Made by a program: the position numbers and the translations under genes. The notes under the pieces are model-generated. The model saw only the letters and a list, made by a program, of their open reading frames with translations. It did not search any database and was not told where the DNA came from. This document shows positions 1 to 11,810 of a DNA stretch of 64,000 bases, piece after piece; within the stretch, counting starts at the first letter, position 1; every line of letters begins with the position of its first letter. The stretch is from assembly GCF_036321535.1 (NCBI RefSeq), contig NC_087437.1, positions 15,502,001 to 15,566,000 on the forward strand, in the 5' to 3' direction. Source of the DNA: Camelus dromedarius (lineage: Eukaryota).

Positions 1-620
1 GCCAGAATTCCATGTTCACTCCCACCTAAGTTATTTGAGACACAGCCCCTTTAAAAATCTGTCTTTGGAAATGCTGTGGCTTGGGTTTATTCTGCATTAA
101 CATTTTTTGGTATGTATGGCTTTTCAGAAAATGCTTAATTCATATGAATGCGATTGGCAGGCACCACAGAATGTGATGGCTTCTATTTATGGTTAATGTT
201 AATCCATTGACCATGTGGTAGTTTAAATTTCTGGTACAAATTTCTTTTGCATGATGTTATAGCTCGTTCCTGGACTGCTATAATGGTGTAATTTATCAAT
301 GTGAAAAATGGACTTTGAAATGTAATAGTCCAGAGCTAATGTGGAGAGCAGCAAGGAATTTAATGTGCTTAGAGAAGAGAGCTGTTTCCATGGCAACTAA
401 TTCCTTTGAGCAAGGTTCCTGGGTCCCCTGGCTGCAGTGTGACTTGTGTGTCCAGGTGATAGGACCTGGATTCTAGGCTCAGCTTTGACATGAATTGCCA
501 AGTTCAACGGGCAAGTCCCTTAACCTCTTTGGGACTTAATATACTTATGTCTGACTTGAAGAAGTCAGACTAGTTCAGTGTTTACTAGACTTTGGAGTAT
601 TGGTGACTAGTAATATATAT

Positions 621-1005
621 ATTTTTTAAATTTTTATTTTGGAATAATCTTAGATTCATAGAGAAGTTGCAGACATACTACAGAGAGTTCCTATATACCT
701 TTCACCCAGTGTCCCCTAATGTTAACCTGTTACTAACCACAGCGCATTTGTCAAAACTAAGAAGTTAACGTAGGTTCAATATTATGGACTAAGCTATAGA
801 TTTTATTTGGATTTTCCTAGTTTTTTTTTCCCCCACTAATATCTTTTTTCTGTTCCAGGATCCAACCCAGGATCTCACTTTGCATTTAGTTTCCATGTCT
901 CAGTCTCCTCCAATCTCAGACCATTTCTCAGTCTTTTTTTGTTTGTTTGTTTATCATGATCTTGTCAGTTTTAATGGGTACTGGCCAGCTATATTATAGG
1001 ATGTT
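621..1005 (-). mobile_element. Old L1 (L1MB/L1MC-type) 3' fragment
   Basis: T-rich start followed by typical old L1 3'UTR text (gaagttgcag...gagagttcctatatacctttcacccag). Confidence 0.65.
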
Positions 1006-1089
1006 CCAACCAGTAACATTTTTAGAAAGCAAAACAAAATTGGAGGACCAGTCTAGGGTTGGAGAAGTTAGACAAGTAAGGTGTATGAG

Positions 1090-1692
1090 TGAGGTCTCTG
1101 TGTTGCAAGTGACAGAAAACCAACCCTGAAATGTCCTGTCAAACAAGGAATTTATTAGCTCATGTAGCTAAGAAGGTCAAGGGCATATGTGACTTCAGAA
1201 TGACATTCATATCCTGTTCCTCCCTGTCTCCTGGCTTGGTTCTTCTCTCATCTGAACAGTCAGATCGTTCTCAGATATGCGCTTACCACATAGTTACAAT
1301 AAGGCTGCCAGTAGCCCACATGGCTATATCCATCCAGTGTGTGGGATACTCATCTCTGTTCCACCTTCCCAGCTAAGCTCTCACTGGCTCTGATTCTGCC
1401 ATCTGCCCATCCTTGAACCAGAGGGAAAAGATAAACTGTTTTATGCTTCTGATGTGAGGATGTGTTGCCCAAAGTCATGGCCACCATCTTGTGACCATGA
1501 GCAGAGCAAGCTGACAGCTGAGGAGGACACAAGAACCTTAAAAATGGACAGGAACCTGGGTTCTGAATGATGTCATTTAGCTGTGGAATTAACCATCCCT
1601 CGATCTGAACTCTGAAATAATAAATCCCCTTGCTTTAGCTTCCATTAATTGAGCTTCAGATGACTACGCCCAAAAGCATCCTAAATGATACA
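1090..1692. mobile_element. MaLR (MLT1-type) LTR fragments
   Basis: gttgcaagtgacagaaaacc, gccaccatcttgtgaccatgag and a terminal ...catcctaaatgataca are typical MLT1 motifs. Confidence 0.55.
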
Positions 1693-2497
1693 CAGATATT
1701 GCAGGTTTCCTTGTTGGATATAGAATATTACCTTGATGAAGATTTGTTTGTTGGGCTTATAATTGACAGCACAATACAAACTGGAGTTCAGTATACTTCA
1801 GTTCATAGTTTTCATCAGAGTTATCACTTTAAAAATCCAGCTTCACAAAGGCATTTTTACAAAAACTGAAGAGATGCTCTTCGATTTCACACAACATAGA
1901 ACATCTAAGTAATAGTGCTAATGTTTCTGGTTGCTTCTTCCCATAAAGGCCAGGGAGAGAACAGGAAAGGGTCTGCAGGGTACGCCTCACTCAGAGCACA
2001 TCAGGTACTTAGACATCTGCTCATTCAATGAGTACGATCTGGAGTTGGTCAGAGGGAGACATCCTGCCTGGAGAACACTTTCTCATGACAGCTATTTGAG
2101 CATCCTGAGCTGAGATGATCTCGTATATGGCCCTTTTGACTCAGTCAGGCTGGTACATCGTGATGGAATGGTGTGGAGGCCACCATGCCAACAGCAGTGG
2201 GGCCCTTTCAGTGTAATTATCACCAAGATCGTGAAAAGCTGAGTGATAAAGATTTTTCAAATAAGATTTTTATAAAAGAAAAGGTTTTTTTATAACAGGA
2301 TAAAAAGTGATTTTTTTAATCCTATGTAAAACCCCTTTTTAAAAATCACTGAGATTTAATAGCAGCAGTGTAGTTATCACTGAGAAAACAAACACCCATG
2401 GTTTACCATTAAGGAGTAATCTTTTCAAGGGCTAAAGGAATGACACTTTGGAAATGCACTGGCTTCACCCATCTTTATGTCTGATACACTCACTTCT

Positions 2498-3666
2498 TTT
2501 TTTTTTTACTGAAGTATAGTCAGTTGCAATCTGTAAATTTCTGGTGTACAGCACAATGTCCCAGTCATGCATGTATATATACATATATTCATTTTCATAT
2601 TCCTTTTCATTAAAGGTTATTACAAGATATTGAACATACTTCCTTGTGCTATACAGAAGAAACTTGGTTTTTCAAAATCTATTTTTATATATAGTGGTTA
2701 ACATTTGCAAATCTCAAACTCCCAAATTTATCCCTTCCTACTCCCTTTCCCCAGTAACCATAAGATTGTTTACTATGTCTGCGAGTCTGTTTCTGTTTTG
2801 TAGATGAGTTCATTAGTGTCCTCTTTTATCTTTTTTCTTTTTTAAGATTCCACATATGAGTAATATTACAGTGTTTTTCCTTCTCTTTCTGGCTTACTTC
2901 ACTTAGAATGACGATCTCTAGGTCCATATTGCTGCAAATTGAATTATTCTATTCTTTTTTATCACTGAGTAATATTCCATTGTATAAATAGGTCACAACA
3001 TCTTTACCCAGTCATCTGTCGATGGACATTTAGGTTGTTTCCATGTCTTGGCTATTGCATATAGTGCTGCTATGAACATTGGGGTGCATATATCTTTTTG
3101 AATTAGAGTTCCTTTCAGATATATATCCAGGAGTGGGATTGCTGGATCCTACGGTAACTCTATTTTTAGTTTTTTGAGGAATCTCCATACTGTTTTCCAT
3201 AATGGCTGCATCAAACTACATTTCTACCAGCAGTATAGAAGGGTTCCCTTTTCTCCACACCGTCTCCAGCATTTATCATTTGAGACTTTTTAGTAATGGC
3301 CATTCTGACTGGTGTGAGGCAATAACTTACTGTAGTTTTGATTTGTCTTTTTCTGATAATTAGGGATATTGAGTATTTTTTCTTGTGTCTATTGGCCATT
3401 TGTATGTCTTCATTGGAGAATTGCTTGTTTAGATCTTCTGCCCATTTTTGGATTGGGTTGTTTGTTTTTTTTTTGTTATTAAGTTGTATGAGCTGTTTAT
3501 ATATTCTGGAAATTAAACCTTTGTCAGTTGCATCATTTGCAAATATTTTCTTCCATTCCGTAGGTTGTGGTTTTGTTTGGCTTATGGTTTCCTTTGCTGT
3601 GCAGAAGCTTGTAAGTTTAATTAGGTCCCATTGGCTTATGTTTACTTTTATTTCTATTGCCTGGGT
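2498..3666 (-). mobile_element. 5'-truncated L1 (ORF2 C-terminus plus 3'UTR)
   Basis: Poly-T start. ORF 3211-3399 is the L1 ORF2 C-terminal motif ([12 protein letters not shown]...LTPVRMA). TSD tcacttct at 2490-2497 and 3667-3674. Confidence 0.92.
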
Positions 3667-5439
3667 TCACTTCTGTAATGATGTAGATAAATGGTTTTTC
3701 TTTGCCCGTCTAGCTTTTACGAATTAGAGCAGTGTCTACTCCTTCCCTCCCTCCCACACACACTTTCTCACGAGCAGACACATACCTACATGAACACACT
3801 CAGACCTCTTGTGGCTCCACATATTTTGAGCATGTACATAAAGCCATTTATGGGGGTTTAATTCGTGATTCATAAACAGAAGATTCTCATTAAGAATGGG
3901 CAGTGGCTCTATAAGCTTGCAGAGTGCTTACAGCATTTAAAGGTAGAAAACTGTCAACGTTTTATTGGGAGGCTCATAGATTCACAGCAGACTCTGCATT
4001 TTAATATTAAAAGCTCAGCTCTGGTATTAAGCCCAAGAGGCAATAATCTGATATGACAGCAGCACTTTATTTGGGGATTGGCGTAGAGTTTGTGGTTGAA
4101 AACATTTGCTTGGAGAATGAATGACACTTTCCTCCCATTTTTAACGACTAAATAAGGGAAATAAGGGTGTCAGGGTAAAAAGTGATAAGGCAGAGCTTCA
4201 GAGGAAAATTAGTGACTTCAGGATACATAGCAAGGATTCCTGGATTATGTGTTGAAACAATTTGTAAGTTTCTATGTAAACTTCCACATAGCAGGGGACA
4301 GTCTCAGGCAAATTTGTAACTTTACTGTGCATGAAATTTCATCTTTAATGTAAAGCTGTTTCTTGAGCCCATTTTTCAGAGGTAGCCACTGTTTCCCTCA
4401 GCCCACACAAAGCCAGCAGAGCCTGAGCACTCACACTGTTGAGAGAGTAACACTTTGTCTCTGGATCTCAAATTAGTTTCGCTGAAACCCTATCTTTATG
4501 TAGGTCAGGGCTTCCTTTTTCCTTAAAAACTTCTTTTTTCCACTTTGAAAACAAACAAAAAAAACCACCCTCCTATTTCCAGAAATTCCTTGCAATCCTT
4601 TATTTCCTGCTGGCTTCTTCAAGGGGGCATTTTTTGCTAATGAAGTTTCAAGATGATTTCTTAAAACTGTTATAAAGTTACGTAACTTTGCTGATTTAAA
4701 ACTATTTTCTTTGCTAAATTCTTAACTGTTGAGTCTCTCTTTTCAGAACAGAGGCTCCTTAACTGTTGGTGGTCATAAAGGTGAAAACAGAGGACTTTAC
4801 ACCATACTGATCTCGAATTTGTGAAGCTGCAAAGAATTCCAATCCATTTAGCATCTTCCCCCCCTTTTCTGATCCCAGAGTTAATGATCCTCTGCTTTGT
4901 AACAGAGGATCCTGTTTTAACCCTGCAAATGCATGTCATTTCACCCAAATTCATTTTTGAGCTCCAAGGGCTGGTTTCTGAGCTCCTGGGACATGTCTTC
5001 AAGAAGAGAACCTTGCACCAGGAGCCCGGGGTCCCAGCCCCTGACTCTGCCTTGGTTTCTCCAAAGCACAGAGCCTGCTGTGGGTGTCTCTCTGGTTCCT
5101 TCAGTCCCAGGCCCTGCTCCTGTCCGGGTATTCTGCCAGGCATTCTATTTCTAAAGGCCTTAGAGAAGAAAATTCTAGGATCCATGTTTCTTTAATGTTT
5201 CTGTCTATTAACTCCGTAAAAATTTCTTCCTTCCATCACATAGGTCTTTTCAAACCCGTCAAGGCCCACTTCTTCAGCCACAGGGAGAGCTGGCGTTTGC
5301 ATGCTGATTCACATAGAAGAGTTTACTTTTCTTCGTAAATGTGGACTACCGTAATTATTTATTTGTTCCAGAATAAAAATTACAGGTACCGTGGCCTGGG
5401 TAAGGTGGGGACCTGGCCACGGGCAGCTGTGAGGCTGAA

Positions 5440-6090
5440 CTGAGAGGATGCCTGCCGAGGGGCGCTGCCCTCACTCGGCGTCTGTGATTTTGCGGCAGCC
5501 CGTCTCCTGCTGGGGCAAGGACTGGGAACCGGCTGTGCACCGACACCCCTCGGGAGCAGCTTCAGACCTTGTGGAATCCTCCGTGGAACGCACAGGGCTA
5601 TAAATAATGAAAAGAATCAAGTGAAAATAGAGACTCAGAGCGAGTCTGGCTCCCTGTGATTCCGGTGGGGCGCTGGACAGGGAGCATTTATTCCGACTCC
5701 CTCCTTTGCCCTCCCTCCTCCATCCGCGGGTTAAAAACAACCAAAAAAAAAAAAAAAAAAAAAAAACTTCCCTGAACTTTCCCATTCCTCCGCGGCCTGG
5801 CTGCGAATGCTGAAATTCCAACCCCTGTTTGTTGTCACCCGCGGGCCCGTTTCCATGGTTACCCAGATTCCAGGCGCTGGCCCAAGGCCCACCGCAACCC
5901 ATCCCTCAAAGTCTCCTTGGCAGGGAAGACACATTCCTCCTCTCTGCGGAGCGCCAGAGCGGAGAAAGGCCCTCTCCTCCTCCCCGCAGCCCTGCGCGCC
6001 GCGCCCCCCACCCCACGCCCCGCGTCCGGTATGATGTGCGTGTTCTAGGTGGCTCTGTTCGGCCTCAGTTTGGGGGGTAAGCACCGTATA
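5440..6090. promoter_or_regulatory. Orphan CpG-rich element (promoter or enhancer candidate)
   Basis: Locally high GC and CpG. Contains CTATAAATAA 5598-5607, X-box-like GTTTCCATGGTTAC 5849-5862, CATTCC motifs at 5783 and 5932, and an A24 tract 5743-5766. Confidence 0.6.
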
Positions 6091-7669
6091 CCAATTTCCT
6101 CCATTTCCCTCTTCCTTGTTGAAGCTGAGGAATTACTTCTTCAGTCAAACATTACACCCTTGGCAAACACTCCAGATGGTTCTCATTAAAATTCCAGTTC
6201 CTTTTTTTTTTTTTTTTTGCAATTCCTTTTTTTCCCATTCTCCTCACATTGCTATCTCGAAAATAAACACCAGGTGGAGGACTGAAGGAAGGGTCCTGTG
6301 GTCATGAAGGAGCCCCCCCACCCCGAACCCTCTTCTTGCCAGTGACCAGCTCTGCCCTTCATGGGGCTACCATAAATACGCACCTGGGGTGAGGCATATT
6401 TGATGTTAAAGGTGCCCTTGGCCATGGGCTCTCTGCCTCTGCAGGAGACCTTGCCAGGTGCCTGCTCCCCAGTAAGCCCAGGACCAGACTGTGCCTGCAG
6501 AGTGACTGGGGAGGGGGCAGCTGATCACCCCAGATAGTGTGCGCCGAGGCCTCTCCAGGCTACTCAAGACACTGGCCACAAGAGTGAGACACACTGGCTC
6601 TAAGAAGCCAGAGGGAAGGATTGCCAATGCTTTTTGGCTATAATTGCAGCTGAGCAAGCCACAGGCTTTGCTCCCACATCTGGAAAAATCTGCTTGCGCA
6701 GGAAAAGTGTGTGTGTGTCCAAGGATGTGTATTTGATGTGTTTTTATTTCCAACTTTATATTATGAAAAAAATTTGAAAAATACAGAAACGTTGAAAGAT
6801 TAGTATGATGAATACCCATAGCCTTCCACCTAGATTCAACAACTGTTACATTTCGTCGTATTTGCTTTCTCTCTTTCTTTCTCTCTCTTTCTGGATGGAT
6901 GGATAGATGATAGATCAATCCATCAATCTTTATGTCAAATATCTGGGCATCTGAAAGTTTGAATCTTGCTGCTGTAGTGTTTTCTAACCTTTTAATTTAG
7001 GTATTACAAATTTTATGAGTACATTCTTATTGTAAAACATTCAAACACTCAAATAAGACAGAAGATTAGAGTAGAAATGAAAGCCCTGGACTGGTCCCTA
7101 CTCAGTCCATCCCCCTCACCCTGCAGGGAAGCTTGGTTTGCGTCCTTCCTGACTTTCGTCTGATTTTTTGCAGACTTAAGTATGTTTACATAGGAACATA
7201 TACTTTTGTTATATGCATTTTTAAACGTAAATGGGATCATACTATACACGCTTTTTTTGCAATTTGTTCTTCACTTGCAAAGCTGCCTGAGATCTTTCCA
7301 TATTAGTACTTGGAGCTCTGCCTCCTTCTTTACTGTGGAGTATTTCAAAGAATGATCATACAGTAATTTCCGTAACTTTTCCCTTTTGATGGACATTTCA
7401 GATACTTATTATTATTTTTCCATTACTCACAATGAGGCAATTAATATACATGGGAGATGTTTTAGTGGTATGTAGTATTTTTTATATTAGTATTTCTCTT
7501 TGACAGATGTGTAGAGGTCAAAGGCTGGGTTGGATGTGATGCCTATTTCACATTTGGATAAATACTATCAAACTGCTTTTCAAAATGGCTGCTCCAATGT
7601 ACACATCCCCCCAGAGAGAGCCCACTTGCCCTCACTCTCACCAACATTGAATTTTATCAATCAATCTTT

Positions 7670-7898
7670 TTTTTTTAACATTTTTTATTGAGTAATAGTC
7701 ATTTTACAATGTTGTGTCAAATTCCAGTGTAGAGCACAATTTTTCAGTTATACATGAACATACATTCATTGTCACATTTCTTTTTCGCTGTGAGCTACCA
7801 CAAGATCTTGTATATGTTTCCCTGTGCTATACAGTATAATCTTGTTTATCTATTCTGCATTTTGAAATCCCGGTCTGTCCCTTTCCACCCCTCAGTCT
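7670..7898 (-). mobile_element. Short young L1 3'-end insertion nested in an older L1ME-like fragment (~7050-7990)
   Basis: Poly-T start, TSD tcaatcttt at 7661-7669 and 7899-7907. Same 3' end as the copy at 48726. Confidence 0.8.
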
Positions 7899-9546
7899 TC
7901 AATCTTTATAAATGTTTGCATTCTGATGAATGAGAAATGATGTCATTGTTGGTTTAATTTGCATTTCTTTGATTATTTGTAATGTTGATCATTGTACCAG
8001 AGTTCAGCTACAGATGATGGAAACCACTCTAGTTAGTTTATGTAGAAAGATCGGTAGAAAGTGGGTAGGGGAACTACGTGAATAAATAAGGGATTAGTTG
8101 CTTACAATTTTATCAGATTAGGTGGGAGAACAGGTTCTAGGTTGGGCTTCTTGGACTGACTCCCAGAACTCTAGCTCAGAACGGACCCAGCAAAGGAGTC
8201 TCCCCTTCTGCCATGACCAGGAAACTGGAGGTTGGGGAAGCTGTGCCCCAAGTGCTGACTCGATAATCTGGAAACCAGGAAACCTCAGCCACACCTGGTC
8301 TCCAGGCCCACACTGCGTCAGCTGCATAATGAATGCCCCAGACCCTGTCCACAGCAGCCGTGAAGCTAGAAACTGCATCTAGACAGTGAGATCTCTGCTA
8401 TGTTGATGAAGGGAAAAAAACAAACCAAGCCAAACATGAAAAATAAGGACCGCGCCCCCCCACCCCCAACTCTACATGCCAGCAGAGACAGTAGATCTCT
8501 TGAGGGTACATCTGCCCAGGGGAAGCCAGGTCACATGTGAAGCTCAACTCTAAGAAAGCCTGGAAATTATACACGTAGCTTTTCAGTCTCTAGTATGTGT
8601 CAATCCAAGCTACAAAGTGGTAGGCATGGAGCTGCGTGAATCAATCTGAAAAATCTGCCATGATGTTTCTTATCTTTTTGTCCTGTTAACTTGTCTGATT
8701 ACACATATTGCCTATTTTTCTCTTTGGGTTACTTTTTCTTATTAACTTATAGAAGCTTTCCGGGTTATCTGGAAAATAATCTTTGTTATATATATTATGA
8801 CCAACTTCTATTCTTTAAGCATTATGTCCTTCATCATGTAGAAATCTTGAATTTATCTATTTTTATGCTTTCTGGTTCCTAAGTGTTGTAGCTTTCAGAA
8901 GGCCTCTCCTATCTCAAGGTTTCTGAAGTATTTAACTACATTTTCTCCTAACATCTTTAAAAAATTTTTATGTCTAATTCTTTAAACCATCTCAAATATG
9001 TAGTGTGAGGTAGGGATCTAATTTCCCAAATGGAAAACCAATTGTCCCAGCATAATTTGTTGAATGAATTTACTTTATTATACTTTAAAGTTGCAGAAGT
9101 TTTAAAAATATAGAATGACTGCTTAGCTTTTTCTGATGCAGAACCAGGGTAAAGCTTACAAAAAATTAACTTGTTATCACTTCACATTTTCATTCTCTTT
9201 AAAATAGGGGTTTGGCATTTCCTAAAGCAGAGATAGGACAAGGTTATTTCCCTTAATCAAAGCCCTTGATTGGATCCCCTTTTCTTGAAGACCTAGGTTT
9301 AATCTCTGTTGACTAGCCCTTTGTCTGCTCAACATCCACCATGGGCCTTTCTAATCTTTCTTCCTTTCTCCATTGCCTAGAAGGGAGGTCAAAATATTTG
9401 ACTTGGCTGACAAAAGCAGAAAACATGTGCATATATCTATGTCAGCACTTTCTTTATGACATTGTAATAATCTGTTTATGATGCTTCTCTCACCTACTGG
9501 TGTTTCTGAGTGTAGTCACCATCAATCTTTTAGATAGAACAATTCT

Positions 9547-9929
9547 TTTTTATTGAAGTATAGTCAGTTTACAATGTGTCAATTTCTGGTGTACAGCATA
9601 ATGTTTCAGTCATACATGTACATACATATATTCCTTTTCATGTTCTTTTTCCTTATAGGTTACAACAAGATATTGAATATAATTCCCTGTGCTATGCAGT
9701 ATAAACTTGTTTATCTATCTCATATGTAGTCATTAGTATCTGCAGATCTCAAAGTCCCAGTTTATCCCTTCCCACCCCTTGCCCTCCCCCACCCCTTCCC
9801 TGGTAACCATAAGTTTGTTTTCTAGTAAATATGCTTGCATTTGTTGTTGTTGTTAATGGAGATACTAGGGATTGAACCCAGGACCTAGTGTGTGCTAAGC
9901 AGGCACTCTACCACTGAGCTGTAGCCCCC
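9547..9929 (-). mobile_element. Composite element: tRNA-Ala-derived SINE head joined to an L1 3'UTR
   Basis: SINE head (~9857-9929) with A and B boxes, an (AAC)n linker, then an L1 3' end and A tail. Flanked by 13-bp repeats at 9534-9546 and 9930-9942 (2 mismatches). Confidence 0.8.
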
Positions 9930-10305
9930 ACAGGACAATTCTCTACTGCAGTATATAACAGCTCTGGCTGTTCACATACCACTAAATGCAGCAGTAATCT
10001 CTGACACCTCCTCTCCCCCTAATCCCAGTCACTGTAACAACTCAAATTTCCCACGTTTCCAAACTAAGAGCAGCTCTGCGTCTTAGGTGGAAGGCAGTGA
10101 GAGAGGGAAGGAAAAACTGGGATTGAATCAGAAATGACAGGATATCATTACTAAGGGAACTTCTCAGCTCCCCTTCTAATATCTAGATGGCCACATCTAG
10201 CCAGTCTTTCAAAGGCTATCTTTACTACAAAGCTTTTCTAAATTCCCTCATCTCTAGATTTCTTCCTCTTGTGATTACTCTCTTCCATGGCATTATCTTT
10301 ATATC

Positions 10306-10381
10306 TCCATCCATCCATGCATCTGTGCATCCATCCATCCATCCATGCCTCCATCCATCTATCCCTGTATCCATCAATCCA
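10306..10381. repeat. Imperfect (CCAT)n microsatellite
   Basis: Directly visible. Confidence 0.9.
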
Positions 10382-11284
10382 GTAAGTATTTAGAGCACTT
10401 ACAGTGCGCCAGGCACACTGACTACTTTCTTCTTAGCTTCTGATTCTTTGCATGAGTGTCTTATCTGATCTAACATGTTGTAATCTCAGGTAAAATCCCA
10501 CATCTAATCTACTTTTGCATCTCCCATAGTGCTTTACACAAAGCTAGTGCTCTGCTGAATGTCAGTAGGATGAAAGTTATTGATGCTGACCCAAGGTTGA
10601 AGGTATATTCCCTATCTTTATTCAAAGGCCCTGGGAATTTTTTTTAAATCAATGCCATTCTGAGTTTCACAATATCTGCATTATTATTTTAATTACCCAT
10701 AACCCCAACACGATCATTTTCCAGAAGGAGATAGAGTAAGGTGTGACCATTTCCTTCATGGATAGTCTAATCTTGTCACAAGAGGCAATGACTGCCAATC
10801 ATTTTTTGTCTTTCCTTCTAGAGTTACAAAAACATGTTTATGTACATTTGCTTACAGATATGCCTACATATATGTTTATAATGTTGAAATTAGCACATGT
10901 TAAGAGCTATATGAAATAGGAATTTAAGAATAAGCTGTGAATTTATGAAGTAAATTATGATGTCTAACTTAAGTGTATATAGTTCTTTATAACTACAAAA
11001 CAGTCCAGAATTCATTGTACTCATTTTACTCCCCAACTCTGTACTGTAGGCTCAGAGAGGTTGACAGGCAGGCTCCTGGTCACACAGCTGGTAAATGATA
11101 GCGCTAGAACTTGAACCCAGATGTTCTGCCTTCTAATGTGCTGCTGTTTCTACTATGTAACATAACCCCTGAGGATTATTTAGGAATGGTTATTTACATA
11201 ATAAAAGTATTCTTTGACTTGACTTCAGAGTATCTGTGTAGAATTTTTGGGAAATGCTTATTTTATTTTATTGAAAACAAACAG

Positions 11285-11550
11285 TAGCTAATATTCACCA
11301 AGTGCTTACCATGTGCCAGAAACTGTTATCAGCACTTTACTTGCATGGTCTCATTTGATCCTCCAATGAGCCTGTCATGTGAGCAGTATTGTCAGCTGTT
11401 TCCAACATAGAAATTGAGGTTCAGGAAGGTAAGTAACTTGTCTGGGATGGACAGCTATTGGGCTATGCTGGGTTTTTCTTTTTTTTTTTTCCTCTCTATG
11501 CTGGGTTTTGAGCCTAGGTCTTTCTGCCTCCCAAGCCTGTATTTTAGCCA
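11285..11550. mobile_element. MIR SINE (other MIR fragments near 460-540, 11045-11150, 14650-14780, 18800-18960, 21380-21580, 28860-29020, 43350-43480)
   Basis: MIR core text (gaaattgaggttcaggaaggtaagtaacttg, ttactatgtgccag-like). Confidence 0.65.
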
Positions 11551-11634
11551 CTATACTTTGCAGCAGCCTATATACGTTTTACTTACATGTAATTTCACAT
11601 AAGTAACTATTATGTAAAATAAAACAAGACACAA

Positions 11635-11810
11635 GGGGAAGGTATATCTCAGTGGTAGATTGCTTGCTTAGCATACATGAGGCCCTGGGTTCGATGCCCA
11701 GTACCTCCATTAAGAATAACTAAATAAAAAGTTTTAAAAAGAAAGTAAATAAATAAACCTAATTACCTACTCCCATATCCCCCCCCAAAAAAGTAAAAAT
11801 TTAATAAATA
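11635..11810 (+). mobile_element. tRNA-Ala-derived SINE (vic-1-like)
   Basis: GGGGAAGGTATATCTCAGTGGTAGA...CTTAGCAT...GGGTTCGATGCCCAGTACCTCCA followed by an A-rich body and tail. Confidence 0.85.

Noticed and set aside
4670..6918. Longer ORFs of 117-171 aa around the orphan CpG element
   Set aside because: No recognisable protein family. They overlap in several frames and include poly-Phe from homopolymers, as expected by chance in GC-rich DNA.
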